From positions 17,815-49,814 of the forward strand of contig NZ_SNUY01000019.1 of assembly GCF_004376175.1 (NCBI RefSeq): DNA of 32,000 nucleotides. Direction: 5' to 3'. The notes under the pieces are model-generated. The model was not told the DNA's origin. It searched no databases and worked only from the letters and a program-made list of their open reading frames with translations. Both the position numbers and the translations under genes were made by a program. Shown in pieces: positions 16,347-27,399 of this stretch (its first letter is position 1; every line of letters begins with the position of its first letter). The DNA is from Halalkalibacterium halodurans (GTDB lineage Bacteria; Bacillota; Bacilli; Bacillales; Bacillaceae_D).

Positions 16347-17492
16347 ATGTCATTAAGTCAACCACATGGAGGAACGTTGGTCCAACGTTTTCATCCAGAA
16401 GCAAATGTAGAAAGTGTAGAAAAATCAATTGAGCTCGATGCCTTTTCATTGTCCGATTTGGAACTAATTGGAATAGGGGCGTTCAGCCCTTTGACAGGTT
16501 TTCTTACAGAGAAAGATTACAGATCAGTTGTTGAATCGATGCGACTTGAAAATGGGACGGTCTGGAGCATTCCAATTGCATTGCCTGTGACAGAAGAAAA
16601 AGCTGCCACCTTGTCCGTTGGGGATGTCGTCAAGCTTGATCATCAAGGCGAAACCTACGGCCTATTAACTATCGAGGATATTTACCAACCAGATAAAGAA
16701 GTGGAGGCTGAAAATGTTTACCGGACGACCGACCTTGCCCACCCTGGGGTGAAGAAGTTATTTGATCGTCCAAACGTCTATATTGGTGGTCCAATTACGT
16801 TAACGAAACGGGTGGAGCGGACGAAATTCTCAAGTTACTATCTTGATCCAAAGGAAACGAGAGCCGTTTTTGCAGAAAAAGGCTGGAAACGTGTGGTCGG
16901 GTTCCAGACGAGAAACCCCGTGCACCGTGCCCACGAATATATTCAAAAAACAGCCCTTGAAATTGTGGACGGTCTTTTCTTAAACCCTCTTGTCGGGGAA
17001 ACAAAAGCGGACGATATACCAGCTGATGTTCGAATGGAAAGCTACGAAGTATTGTTAGAAAAATATTATCCGCAAGACCGTGTATTTTTAGCGGTATTCC
17101 CTGCAGCGATGCGCTATGCTGGACCAAGGGAAGCGGTCTTCCACGCTCTTGTTCGCAAAAACTATGGCTGCACCCACTTTATTGTAGGGCGTGACCATGC
17201 AGGAGTAGGCGATTATTACGGAACGTATGACGCGCAGCTTATTTTCCATCATTTCACAAGAGAAGAACTAGGCATTACACCGCTCTTTTTCGAACATAGC
17301 TTTTACTGCAAGGCATGCGGAAACATGGCTTCTACAAAAACTTGTCCACATGGTAAAGAGCATCACGTCATTTTATCTGGGACGAAGGTTCGTGAAATGC
17401 TCGCAAACGGTGTGACACCACCGCCTGAATTTAGCCGCCCTGAGGTTGTGAACGTATTGATCAAAGGGATGCAAAAAAAAGTAGAAGTTTAA
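16347..17492 (+). CDS. sat: Sulfate adenylyltransferase (ATP sulfurylase)
   Basis: Contains '[15 protein letters not shown]' and '[16 protein letters not shown]'. Size is 381 aa. Confidence 0.95.
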   Translation: MSLSQPHGGTLVQRFHPEANVESVEKSIELDAFSLSDLELIGIGAFSPLTGFLTEKDYRSVVESMRLENGTVWSIPIALPVTEEKAATLSVGDVVKLDHQGETYGLLTIEDIYQPDKEVEAENVYRTTDLAHPGVKKLFDRPNVYIGGPITLTKRVERTKFSSYYLDPKETRAVFAEKGWKRVVGFQTRNPVHRAHEYIQKTALEIVDGLFLNPLVGETKADDIPADVRMESYEVLLEKYYPQDRVFLAVFPAAMRYAGPREAVFHALVRKNYGCTHFIVGRDHAGVGDYYGTYDAQLIFHHFTREELGITPLFFEHSFYCKACGNMASTKTCPHGKEHHVILSGTKVREMLANGVTPPPEFSRPEVVNVLIKGMQKKVEV

Positions 17493-17511
17493 GATGAGAG
17501 GATGAGTACGA

Positions 17512-18588
17512 ATGCTGACTGTTGTAGCATTTGCCATTGCCTTCTTCTTCGCCATGAACATCGGGGCAAGTGGTACAGCCGCTGCCATGGGACCTGCTTA
17601 CGGGAGCGGCGCCATAAAACGAAAAGTCGTTGCCATGCTACTCGTCGGCATTTGCGCCTTTATCGGTGCCCTCTCAGGAGGAGAAGTGGTAAAAACGATT
17701 GGTAGCGGCATTATTCCTAGCGACATCGTCCAAATTGAAACGGTCATTGTCATGCTAGGTGCCGCTTGCTTAAGCTTGTTTATTGCGAATATATTAGGTA
17801 TTCCCCTATCCACAAGTGAGGTTGTCGTTGGAGCGATTGTCGGGGTCGGTATTGCCTATCAATCTCTTTATTTTGAGAAATTACTCATCATCGTTTCCTT
17901 TTGGGTGATCGTGCCGATTGTAGCTTTCGCCCTCTCCCTTGTGTCAGGCTTTTTAATTAAACGCGCCGAAAAAAAGTGGCCGTTTTTAAGAGGAAAGGGG
18001 AAATGGCGGAAGTGGCTTGTCATCCTTCTCATCCTTAGCGGTTGTATGGAAGCGTTCGCCGCTGGAATGAACAATGTCGCAAATGCGGTCGGTCCTCTCG
18101 TAGGAGCAGGTTTGATTGGGATTGAGCTTGCTGTTGTTGTAGGTGGCGCCTTCGTCGCTCTCGGAGCATTGCTTTTAGGTGGAAGGGTACTCGAAACGAA
18201 CGGAAAAAAGATTACCCGCTTATCATTGCTTCAAGGAAGCGCAGTATCGATCACAGGTGGGGGTCTTGTCATTATCGCTTCGATTTTCGGCTTGCCTGTC
18301 CCATTAACACAAGTAACGACCTCAGCCATTGTCGGGGTCGGTACGGCGGATAATGGCTTTAAGCTCTGGCAGAAAAACATCATTAAACAAATTATAAAAG
18401 TTTGGATTGTTTCGCCCATCTTTTCTCTCGTGCTTTCGTACGGATTTGTCCTCTTATTTTTGCAGGCAGATCTATATACATTTTTCGTCATTGTTAGTGT
18501 GTTTATTGCTACCGTTGGTACGTTTAGCTTGATTCATACAGTTCGCCAAGAGAAGCGTACGACTCACGATCAAGGTGGCGGCATCTGA
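17512..18588 (+). CDS. cysP: PiT-family permease, CysP-like sulfate permease
   Basis: Polytopic membrane protein with the PiT signature 'AMNIGASGTAAAMGPAYGSG' and a repeat half ('GMNNVANAVGPLVG'). It sits inside the cys operon. Confidence 0.85.
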   Translation: MLTVVAFAIAFFFAMNIGASGTAAAMGPAYGSGAIKRKVVAMLLVGICAFIGALSGGEVVKTIGSGIIPSDIVQIETVIVMLGAACLSLFIANILGIPLSTSEVVVGAIVGVGIAYQSLYFEKLLIIVSFWVIVPIVAFALSLVSGFLIKRAEKKWPFLRGKGKWRKWLVILLILSGCMEAFAAGMNNVANAVGPLVGAGLIGIELAVVVGGAFVALGALLLGGRVLETNGKKITRLSLLQGSAVSITGGGLVIIASIFGLPVPLTQVTTSAIVGVGTADNGFKLWQKNIIKQIIKVWIVSPIFSLVLSYGFVLLFLQADLYTFFVIVSVFIATVGTFSLIHTVRQEKRTTHDQGGGI

Positions 18589-18704
18589 AAGGGTTAGGAA
18601 ATGAATAAGGTGAAAGAGGGCTAACAGCGACAGCTTACCATTGTTTAACTTTAAAACATAGTAAACAGATATGAATTTGAAGAAAATAAAGGAGTGGAGA
18701 AATA

Positions 18705-19313
18705 ATGGGAACGTCCAATCAGCCGCACATTGTGTGGCATGAAGCGAGTGTGTCTAAAGAAGAACGGCAAAAGCGAAATCGTCTAAAAAGTTGTGTTGTT
18801 TGGTTCACTGGTCTTTCTGGTTCGGGGAAATCCACGCTTGCCAATGCCTTAGATCGAAAGCTTTTTGAAGAAGGGATTCATAGTTATGTATTAGACGGGG
18901 ATAACATTCGTCACGGTTTGAATGCGGGACTAGGCTTTAGTGAAGAGGATCGGAAGGAGAACATTCGCCGGATTGGAGAAGTGGCTAAATTGTTCGTGGA
19001 CGCAGGAGTTGTCACATCAACCGCCTTCATTTCACCATTTCGCGAAGATCGTGACAAAGTTCGAGGGATTTTAGATGATGGAGAATTCATTGAGGTGTAT
19101 GTGCGCTGTCCGCTCGAAACTTGTGAAAAACGTGATCCGAAAGGGCTCTATAAGAAAGCTAGAAGTGGTGCTATTCCGGAATTTACTGGTATCAGCTCAC
19201 CGTATGAAGAGCCAGTCAATCCAGAACTGATCATTGATACGGATCAGTTAACGGTCGAGGAAGCGGTTGAGAAAATATATGCCTATCTACATGCACAAGA
19301 AAGTGGAAAATAA
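18705..19313 (+). CDS. cysC: Adenylyl-sulfate kinase
   Basis: Contains '[15 protein letters not shown]', '[11 protein letters not shown]' and '[10 protein letters not shown]'. Confidence 0.95.
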   Translation: MGTSNQPHIVWHEASVSKEERQKRNRLKSCVVWFTGLSGSGKSTLANALDRKLFEEGIHSYVLDGDNIRHGLNAGLGFSEEDRKENIRRIGEVAKLFVDAGVVTSTAFISPFREDRDKVRGILDDGEFIEVYVRCPLETCEKRDPKGLYKKARSGAIPEFTGISSPYEEPVNPELIIDTDQLTVEEAVEKIYAYLHAQESGK

Positions 19314-19410
19314 CGCTTAAGTAGGGATATAAGGATTATGCTCTTAGCATAGCTTTACATTGCCCGAAAATAACGCATGAAAGAAGAAATGGGTTTATGA
19401 TTATGTATCA

Positions 19411-19438
19411 AAAGAAGAGGAAGAAGCCTCTTCTTTTT
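19411..19438. terminator. Bidirectional intrinsic terminator (cysC / S8 protease)
   Basis: Perfect 10-bp stem AAAGAAGAGG/CCUCUUCUUU with U-runs on both strands. Confidence 0.8.
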
Positions 19439-19453
19439 GATTTGGTCGACGTG

Positions 19454-21226
19454 TTATGAGGTACGAATGGCTTTTAACGCGGCCTCGATGTCGATTTCAC
19501 CATGTCCGTAGTACACATCGTGTCCTTTTGGACCGAGATCCTTCGCGGTCTCCTTCATAATGTCCATCACCTCTTGGTTGCTAAGATCGGGCCGTAAGCT
19601 GCGGATTAGCCCAGCAAGACCTGCAGCGTGGGGAGAAGCCATAGAGGTCCCAGACATGACGGTATACTGGTTGTCAGGGAAGAGACTAGGGATGTGCTCC
19701 CCTGGTGCTGTGACATCGATATGCTTTCCGAAGTTTGAAAAGAATGCTCGGTTCCTCGTATCATCGACAGCAGCCACGGTTAGAACTTCTTCGTAGATTG
19801 CTGGATAAAGGGGGTCTTCCACATTGTCATTTCCTGAGGCTGCAATTAAGACGACATCGTGATCATAGGCATATTTGACGGCGTCACGCAATGCATCAGA
19901 ATGATAATAGTCCCCCAAGCTCATATTGATGACCTTCGCTCCATGATCTGTTGCCCAATAGATCCCCTTTGCTACTTCAAATGAACTTCCTTCCCCGTTA
20001 TCATTCAGTACTTTCACTGGTAAGATTTCGCTTTTCCATGAAATGCCTGCAATCCCCGTAACGTTGTTCGTCACAGCCGCGGCTACCCCTGCGACGTGAG
20101 TACCGTGTCCGTGCTTATCCGCAAAGTTATCATTTCCTTCTACAGCATTGTATCCATTGACAATTTTATCTTTAATGTCAGGATGATTCGGGTCTACCCC
20201 TGTATCGAGAATCGCGATTTTTACGTTTTCTCCGCTAGCCAGTGACCAGCCTTCTTCAATGTCTATTTGCTGTAAATTCCATTGATATTCTTTAAAAAAC
20301 TCATCGTTCGGAGTGACTGGAGTCTGTATTTGCTTTGTGAAGCGATAGTTAGGCTCTGCAAAGTCCAAGTCATAATCACGTGACAATGCCTCTACTATTT
20401 CAACTGTCGTTTGATTTGGTGACTCAATGACGAAGAATGGAGGTGCTTCCTCTACTACTCGATAAGGATTGGTGGCGAACCATGCAGCTGGGTCACGGTT
20501 TGGTTTAAACCGGATAACGGCCTGATGCTCATGGTAGGCGGGACCTTCCTCTTCTTGTCCTTCAGATTGGACGTGAATATCCCAGCCAAGTTCCGGCACA
20601 GTTTCTGATGTAAGCTGTGTCGCCCGTTCATCTTGGTCTTGCCAACTCACATCGGGGTTGTCACCACCGATGAAAAAATTTCCATTCGTATCAGCGACAG
20701 CGGCAATATCCTTGACATACTTTTTCACAAACTCAAGGTTCAATTCACCGATCAATAGGCGGCCGTCGTCTGTTGTTTCACCGATGAGCATATAGGTGCT
20801 GTCATCCACATTGTAAGGGTCCGAGTAACGTTGATTGTGATGCACATGGGTAAGAGCTTTAACATCATCACGGTGAAGGGTACCGACTTTCTGTGTAATC
20901 TTGTTCGCTTCAGCGATGGCAAATCCTTGCATGTGAGGGTGCTCGTCAATTTGTTGCCGGAACTCATCCTTTATCGTCGGATCTTCTTCTAATTGCTCGG
21001 ACCACCTCTGCAATTGTTCCGCCATTTGCTTAATAAACATCGACGTCGTGAGGGATAAATCTTCTGCTAGAAGATGATCCATCGCTTCTGTTTCTAACGT
21101 TTTTGGGATCTCCTTCGTTTGAATGAGTGCTTGATCTTGGTCCCTCACATGGCCAATTGCTACGATAAACAAAAGAGCGAGGACGCCGATGACGATCACG
21201 AGAGTTTTCATTGTCTTCATGTTCAT
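19454..21226 (-). CDS. Membrane-anchored S8 (subtilisin-family) serine protease with a Cache/PDC-like N-terminal ectodomain and a prodomain-like segment
   Basis: Catalytic motifs 'ILDTGVD', 'HGTHVAG' and 'GTSMASPHAAG'. N-terminal TM helix 'LVIVIGVLALLFIVAI'. Residues ~60-200 ('MQGFAIAE...YSDPYNVDDSTYMLIGETTDDGRLLIGELNLEFVKKYVKDIA...NGNFFIG') look Cache-like. The start may be the second ATG at 21220. Confidence 0.85.
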   Translation of the reverse strand: MNMKTMKTLVIVIGVLALLFIVAIGHVRDQDQALIQTKEIPKTLETEAMDHLLAEDLSLTTSMFIKQMAEQLQRWSEQLEEDPTIKDEFRQQIDEHPHMQGFAIAEANKITQKVGTLHRDDVKALTHVHHNQRYSDPYNVDDSTYMLIGETTDDGRLLIGELNLEFVKKYVKDIAAVADTNGNFFIGGDNPDVSWQDQDERATQLTSETVPELGWDIHVQSEGQEEEGPAYHEHQAVIRFKPNRDPAAWFATNPYRVVEEAPPFFVIESPNQTTVEIVEALSRDYDLDFAEPNYRFTKQIQTPVTPNDEFFKEYQWNLQQIDIEEGWSLASGENVKIAILDTGVDPNHPDIKDKIVNGYNAVEGNDNFADKHGHGTHVAGVAAAVTNNVTGIAGISWKSEILPVKVLNDNGEGSSFEVAKGIYWATDHGAKVINMSLGDYYHSDALRDAVKYAYDHDVVLIAASGNDNVEDPLYPAIYEEVLTVAAVDDTRNRAFFSNFGKHIDVTAPGEHIPSLFPDNQYTVMSGTSMASPHAAGLAGLIRSLRPDLSNQEVMDIMKETAKDLGPKGHDVYYGHGEIDIEAALKAIRTS

Positions 21227-22949
<1,723 letters not shown>

Positions 22950-23182
22950 CGTATCCCTACTTTCGCAAGTGTGGTAAGTGCTGTTAGTTTGTCTCGTGGG
23001 CAGGGAAGTATGCTTATCCTTTTTGAAATAGGAAAGCCGTACAGTTACCCACTAAAAACGTAGCAACCAACTACGATGAAGTGAATCAAGGTGAGCATGT
23101 CCACTGATGATCACTAATCGTAAGTGAAAACTTACTTTACTGCCAAGCATAATGCGAAAGCGATCTAACGATGTATAAGGGC

Positions 23183-23219
23183 AAAAAATAGCCTTAGTGC
23201 CGATGTGGCACTAAGACTA
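23183..23219 (-). terminator. Intrinsic terminator of tnrA
   Basis: 13-bp stem (one pair is G-U only on the minus strand) followed by U6. The stem begins at the stop codon. Confidence 0.8.
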
Positions 23220-23519
23220 TTTGCGAAGGTTGAACGCTGCGTTAAGCTGTCCTCGCAACATGCGATCCCGAACTTCTTTTTTTCGCAACTGCTTTTGCTC
23301 CATTTTTCGTATTTCAAATGTTTGCATACCGTCTTCCATTTTGTTCGCAATGTCTATTAAACGTTCGACATCTAAAAAAGAGTATTTGCGCGTACCTCCG
23401 GGCGTTCGCTCAGGAAACACAAGTTTGCGCTCCTCGTAGTAACGAATTTTCCGTTCAGTCAACCCGGTTAACTCACTCACCATCCCAATTGTAATCACTT
23501 TTTTATCTTTATAAGACAC
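23217..23519 (-). CDS. tnrA: MerR-family nitrogen regulator TnrA
   Basis: '[63 protein letters not shown]' and the C-terminal 'LRGQLNAAF' parallel B. subtilis TnrA. The GTG at 23517..23519 lies 9 nt after GAGGGG. The track ORF extends to 23597. Confidence 0.85.
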   Translation of the reverse strand: MSYKDKKVITIGMVSELTGLTERKIRYYEERKLVFPERTPGGTRKYSFLDVERLIDIANKMEDGMQTFEIRKMEQKQLRKKEVRDRMLRGQLNAAFNLRK

Positions 23520-23576
23520 GTGATTCAACCCCTCATTAGCGTCTTGTTCAAAATGTTCTGACCTTTGTTGATTTTT

Positions 23577-23605
23577 ACTATAGCATAAGTGGAACAAGAG
23601 GAACA
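23577..23605 (-). promoter_or_regulatory. tnrA promoter candidate (weak -35)
   Basis: On the minus strand, TGTTCC-N17-TATAGT. The poor -35 is consistent with activator dependence. Confidence 0.45.
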
Positions 23606-23612
23606 GAGGGTA

Positions 23613-23629
23613 TGTTAGATTTTCTTACA
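23613..23629. promoter_or_regulatory. TnrA/GlnR box
   Basis: TGTTAGATTTTCTTACA is a perfect match to TGTNA-N7-TNACA. Confidence 0.75.
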
Positions 23630-23635
23630 AATAAA

Positions 23636-23664
23636 TTGGAACGCACATGTCGGTCGTGTAAGAT
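23636..23664 (+). promoter_or_regulatory. Promoter candidate for the siroheme operon
   Basis: TTGGAA-N17-TAAGAT. Confidence 0.55.
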
Positions 23665-23794
23665 ATAATTAATAGCCCTTGGACATAAACGGAATGAAAA
23701 AGGGGAAGATGAAAAAAGATTTTTATGATAGGATATTGTTTATAAAACAGATATAAAAACTCGGAAATAACTTTGATGGGTGGGAGAAATCGCG

Positions 23795-25252
23795 ATGAAC
23801 AAACAAGGAAAAGTTTACTTAGTAGGAGCGGGACCTGGTGATCTTCGCCTTATGACATTAAAAGGAAAAGATTGTTTACAAAAGGCCGATGTCGTACTGT
23901 ATGACCGTTTAGTGAATCCGCTCTTTTTAGAGTGGACAAAACCCGAAGCGGAATTGATCTATTGCGGAAAACTACCAGACCGCCATTTGCTTAGGCAGGA
24001 AGCGATTAATGAACTGTTAATTGAAAAGGGACGCCAAGGAAAAGTCGTCGTTCGCTTAAAAGGGGGAGACCCGAGCGTATTCGGACGAGTTGGAGAGGAA
24101 GCAGATGTGCTAAAAGAAGCAGGTTTGCCGTATGAGATCGTTCCTGGGATAACCGCAGGAATTGGCGCTTCTACCTATGCTGGAGTTCCCGTGACTCATC
24201 GGGATTATGGGGCTTCCTTTACGGTTGTAACCGGCCACGATAAATCGCCATCTGGACAACCGCTCATCGATTGGCATGCATTAGCTAACGGTATTGATAC
24301 GATCGCTTTTTACATGGGGGTAAGCAACCTTCCGTACATCACGGAACAGCTTATCGCCCACGGAAGGGATCTAGAAACGTGTGTTCTATTAATCCAATGG
24401 GGAACGATCGGGAAGCAACGTGTCGTCGAAGGACGTTTAAATACAATTGTTTCAAGGGTAAAGGAGGAAGGTATCACAAACCCGGCCATTACTCTAGTCG
24501 GTAATATCGGAAAATTACGAACAGAGAAAAGTTGGTTTGAGTCGCAGCGTCTTTTTGGCCATCAAGTGTTGATCGGGAGGACGACTGCAGAGGAAGGCGG
24601 GCTAGCGAAAACTCTTATGGAGGCAGGAGCCGAAGTGTTCGAATTTCCACGTTGGCATGTAACATCGAAACCATGGGGAGTAACCCCTAATGAGGTGCAA
24701 GAGGCGGATCACCTCGTTTTCACTTCACCCCATAGTGTCCACTTTTTCTTTGAAAGCTTAACTGAACAAAGCATTGACATTCGGCACATTCGCGGCTCCT
24801 TTTTTGCAGCCTCAAAAAAATCGCTTAAAATCATTCGTTCTTTTGCCTGTACTGCGGCCCTCTTGCAAGAGTTGCCTGCTGGAGGGAAAACGATCATTTT
24901 CGGTGATGAAGAAAATGAAATGAAGCGAAAATACTCGTTCGAAGGGGCAAGCTATGTCTCGACACATCAAAAGGCATTGGTCCCTCAATCGCTTCGAACC
25001 TGTAGGCGGTTGCTTGATGAAGGACGAATTGAAACGCTTGTGTTTCCGAGTGCCGCTTCTGTCAATGCCGTAATAGACGGGCTAGAGCAATGCGGGGAAT
25101 CCGTTGGGACGTTATCGCAAGCTAAAACGGTTATTACGTTCGGACCGGAGTCCTCAAAAGCGGCGAAAGAAGCAGGATTTCAAGTGGACATTCAATTAGA
25201 AGCTCCTTCTGCTCAATTGCTAATTGAAACGTTGGAAGCGGTAAGAGTATAG
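23795..25252 (+). CDS. cobA: Uroporphyrinogen-III C-methyltransferase (SirA/CobA) fused to a uroporphyrinogen-III synthase (HemD)-like domain
   Basis: The N-terminal ~250 aa is SUMT ('KVYLVGAGPGDLRLMTLKG', 'VVRLKGGDPSVFGR', 'VPGITAG'). The C-terminal ~230 aa resembles HemD ('VLIGRT...', 'LVFTSPHSV', 'LVFPSAASV'). The ATG at 23795 lies 8 nt after GGGTGGGAG. Confidence 0.85.
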   Translation: MNKQGKVYLVGAGPGDLRLMTLKGKDCLQKADVVLYDRLVNPLFLEWTKPEAELIYCGKLPDRHLLRQEAINELLIEKGRQGKVVVRLKGGDPSVFGRVGEEADVLKEAGLPYEIVPGITAGIGASTYAGVPVTHRDYGASFTVVTGHDKSPSGQPLIDWHALANGIDTIAFYMGVSNLPYITEQLIAHGRDLETCVLLIQWGTIGKQRVVEGRLNTIVSRVKEEGITNPAITLVGNIGKLRTEKSWFESQRLFGHQVLIGRTTAEEGGLAKTLMEAGAEVFEFPRWHVTSKPWGVTPNEVQEADHLVFTSPHSVHFFFESLTEQSIDIRHIRGSFFAASKKSLKIIRSFACTAALLQELPAGGKTIIFGDEENEMKRKYSFEGASYVSTHQKALVPQSLRTCRRLLDEGRIETLVFPSAASVNAVIDGLEQCGESVGTLSQAKTVITFGPESSKAAKEAGFQVDIQLEAPSAQLLIETLEAVRV

Positions 25253-25263
25253 GGGGTGTTTCA

Positions 25264-26103
25264 GTGAAAGGAATTGTTTATATCGGTCATGGAAGCCGAG
25301 TAGAGGAGGGCAATGAGCAACTGCGCGCATTTGTGAAAAAAGCGATTGAGCGCAAAAGGGATATTCCGATTCAAACCATTGGTTTTATTGAGCTAGCTGA
25401 GCCATCGATTGAAGAGGCGATCGATGAATGTGTAGCAATGGGCGCTACCGATATCGCGATCGTTCCCGTTCTCCTTTTAGCAGCTGGTCATGCAAAGGTG
25501 GATATTCCACAAGAAATTGAACGAGCAGAAAAGAAGTATCCTGAAGTGACATTTTCATATGGCCGGCCATTCGGTGTGGAGACCGTCATTGTCGATGTGT
25601 TTAAGCAGCGACTTGAAGCAGTAGGTTTAAAACATGTGAACGGTCTCCCTACCTATGATGATCGAGAAGAAGCGACGATCCTCCTCGTAGGACGGGGAAG
25701 TAGTGATCCAGATGCGAATAGCGATTTAGTTAAGATTTCTCGCCTTTTATGGGAGTACGTTCCCGTCATGGAGGTAGAAGTTTGTTTTTTAGCGGCAACC
25801 CGTCCGTCTTTAGATGAAGGACTAGAAAAAGTAATCCGTTTAGCAGGTAAAAAGGTGTATCTTTTGCCGTACCTGCTCTTTTCAGGTGTTCTCATGAACA
25901 GTCTGCAAGCGAAAGTGAATGAATTAAATGAAACATTATTAGATAAAGAATTTTTGCTATGTCATTACCTTGGCTTTGATGATCAGCTTGTTGATATACT
26001 TGTAGAGCGCGTGGATGAAGTGTTGGAACATAAAATAAGCGGGAATCCCGATCTATATCTCAATCGTCTATCGGAGCAAGCGATTGGAGTCGAAGGTTTG
26101 TGA
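25264..26103 (+). CDS. sirB: Sirohydrochlorin ferrochelatase (SirB / CbiX family)
   Basis: Two CbiX-like halves ('IVYIGHGSR', 'ILLVGRGSSDPDAN'). Lies between cobA and sirC. Confidence 0.85.
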   Translation: MKGIVYIGHGSRVEEGNEQLRAFVKKAIERKRDIPIQTIGFIELAEPSIEEAIDECVAMGATDIAIVPVLLLAAGHAKVDIPQEIERAEKKYPEVTFSYGRPFGVETVIVDVFKQRLEAVGLKHVNGLPTYDDREEATILLVGRGSSDPDANSDLVKISRLLWEYVPVMEVEVCFLAATRPSLDEGLEKVIRLAGKKVYLLPYLLFSGVLMNSLQAKVNELNETLLDKEFLLCHYLGFDDQLVDILVERVDEVLEHKISGNPDLYLNRLSEQAIGVEGL

Positions 26104-26741
26104 CGCTCCCTGTTATGCTTAACGTGCAAAATCGATCGGTTGTTTGTGTTGGTGGAGGAGAAGTTGCAGCAAGGAAAGTAAGATCTTTTGTCAAGGAAGG
26201 GGCACATATGACCGTCGTGTCCCCCTCATTGCACGAGCAGCTTCGGCCCTATGCAGATAATGGTCAGATCGTCTGGAAGAAGAAAGAGTTTCAACCCTTT
26301 GACTTATCTGATGCTTGGTTCGTGCTTGCTTGTACGAATGATCGCGCGCTAAACGAGCAAGTCGCTATCTTGGCGAATAAAAACAAACAGTTGTGTTATG
26401 TGGCAGATGACCCTCAGGGCAGTGATGTGACGTTTCCTGTCGTCAAGCATAAAGGAGCGATAACGGTTGCCTTATCTACTGGAGGGGCCAGTCCAACGCT
26501 TGCGAGAACACTTCTTGAGGAGATCGTATCTCATATGCCGGATGATATGGACGAGATTTTAGTATTTTTAGCGGAAGCTCGTGTAAAAGTGAAACAAAGA
26601 ATTGCGGATGAGTCGGTACGTAGAGAGCTATTAAAGAAATTGGCTACCCCGGCTGTTTACCACCAATCAGATCGGTACGTTTGGCTTGAGGAGCAGATTA
26701 AAACCTATACAGACACATTCGGTGGAAACGACAAACAATGA
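26100..26741 (+). CDS. sirC: Precorrin-2 dehydrogenase (SirC, siroheme synthase N-terminal-domain type)
   Basis: Contains 'VVCVGGGEVAARKVRSF' (NAD fold) and 'GGASPTLARTL'. The 4-nt overlap (GTGA) with sirB suggests coupling. An alternative ATG lies at 26115. Confidence 0.8.
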   Translation: MTLPVMLNVQNRSVVCVGGGEVAARKVRSFVKEGAHMTVVSPSLHEQLRPYADNGQIVWKKKEFQPFDLSDAWFVLACTNDRALNEQVAILANKNKQLCYVADDPQGSDVTFPVVKHKGAITVALSTGGASPTLARTLLEEIVSHMPDDMDEILVFLAEARVKVKQRIADESVRRELLKKLATPAVYHQSDRYVWLEEQIKTYTDTFGGNDKQ

Positions 26742-26762
26742 AGTGAAAGGAATCTTATTCGA

Positions 26763-27284
26763 GTGCGATTGCGAACAGCGGAAGCAGAAGCGGACTATAA
26801 GCGTTTATTCGAATTAATGTATGTAGCAGCGGACCAACAATGGCGTGAATACAACGGCCCCTATTTTCCGTTTGAAGAGGAAACGTACGAGACATTTTAC
26901 GAATCAAAGAAAAAAGCTTTTGCTGAAGGACGATTAAAGCTGATCGACGTTAAAGGTGCCATTATCGGAACGGTCAATTATTATTGGGAGTATCAGCCGA
27001 CACGTTGGCTCGAAGCTGGTATCGTGATCTATGACTCTACGTTTTGGAATGGAGGCTACGGCACGGAAGCCTTCAAACAATGGATCACAGAGTTGTTTGC
27101 TAACGATCCGGAAATCGCGCGAGTTGGCTTTACGACATGGTCAGGGAATCCAGGAATGATGAAGATCGGTGAAAAGCTCGGGATGATGTTAGAGGCTCGG
27201 TTGCGAAAGGTAAGATACCATCGAGGAACATATTATGATCAAATTCGTTACGGCGTGTTAAGGGAAGAATGGAAAAGTAGATGA
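26763..27284 (+). CDS. GNAT-family N-acetyltransferase (RimJ/RimL-like)
   Basis: Contains 'WNGGYGTEAFKQWITELF' (acetyl-CoA loop region) and 'GNPGMMKIGEKLGM'. Confidence 0.75.
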   Translation: MRLRTAEAEADYKRLFELMYVAADQQWREYNGPYFPFEEETYETFYESKKKAFAEGRLKLIDVKGAIIGTVNYYWEYQPTRWLEAGIVIYDSTFWNGGYGTEAFKQWITELFANDPEIARVGFTTWSGNPGMMKIGEKLGMMLEARLRKVRYHRGTYYDQIRYGVLREEWKSR

Positions 27285-27315
27285 ACGCCTCTAAAAACTT
27301 GGCATACGTTCCACG

Positions 27316-27324
27316 TGCTATAAT
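27316..27324 (+). promoter_or_regulatory. Extended -10 promoter candidate for the lipoprotein gene
   Basis: TGcTATAAT. The nearby TTGGCA is only 14 nt upstream, so it probably does not act as a -35. Confidence 0.45.
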
Positions 27325-27399
27325 GAAAGAAAAAAATGGTATCGATGTGAAAATGATGAAATCACAGGGTGGGTCCGTTTCTGTTTTGAGGAGGTGAAC

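Noticed and set aside
14804-17127. Antisense ORFs within the DUF4097, cysH and sat genes (14804..15157, 14739..15002, 15901..16281, 16795..17127)
   Set aside because: They lie inside strongly supported coding frames on the opposite strand.
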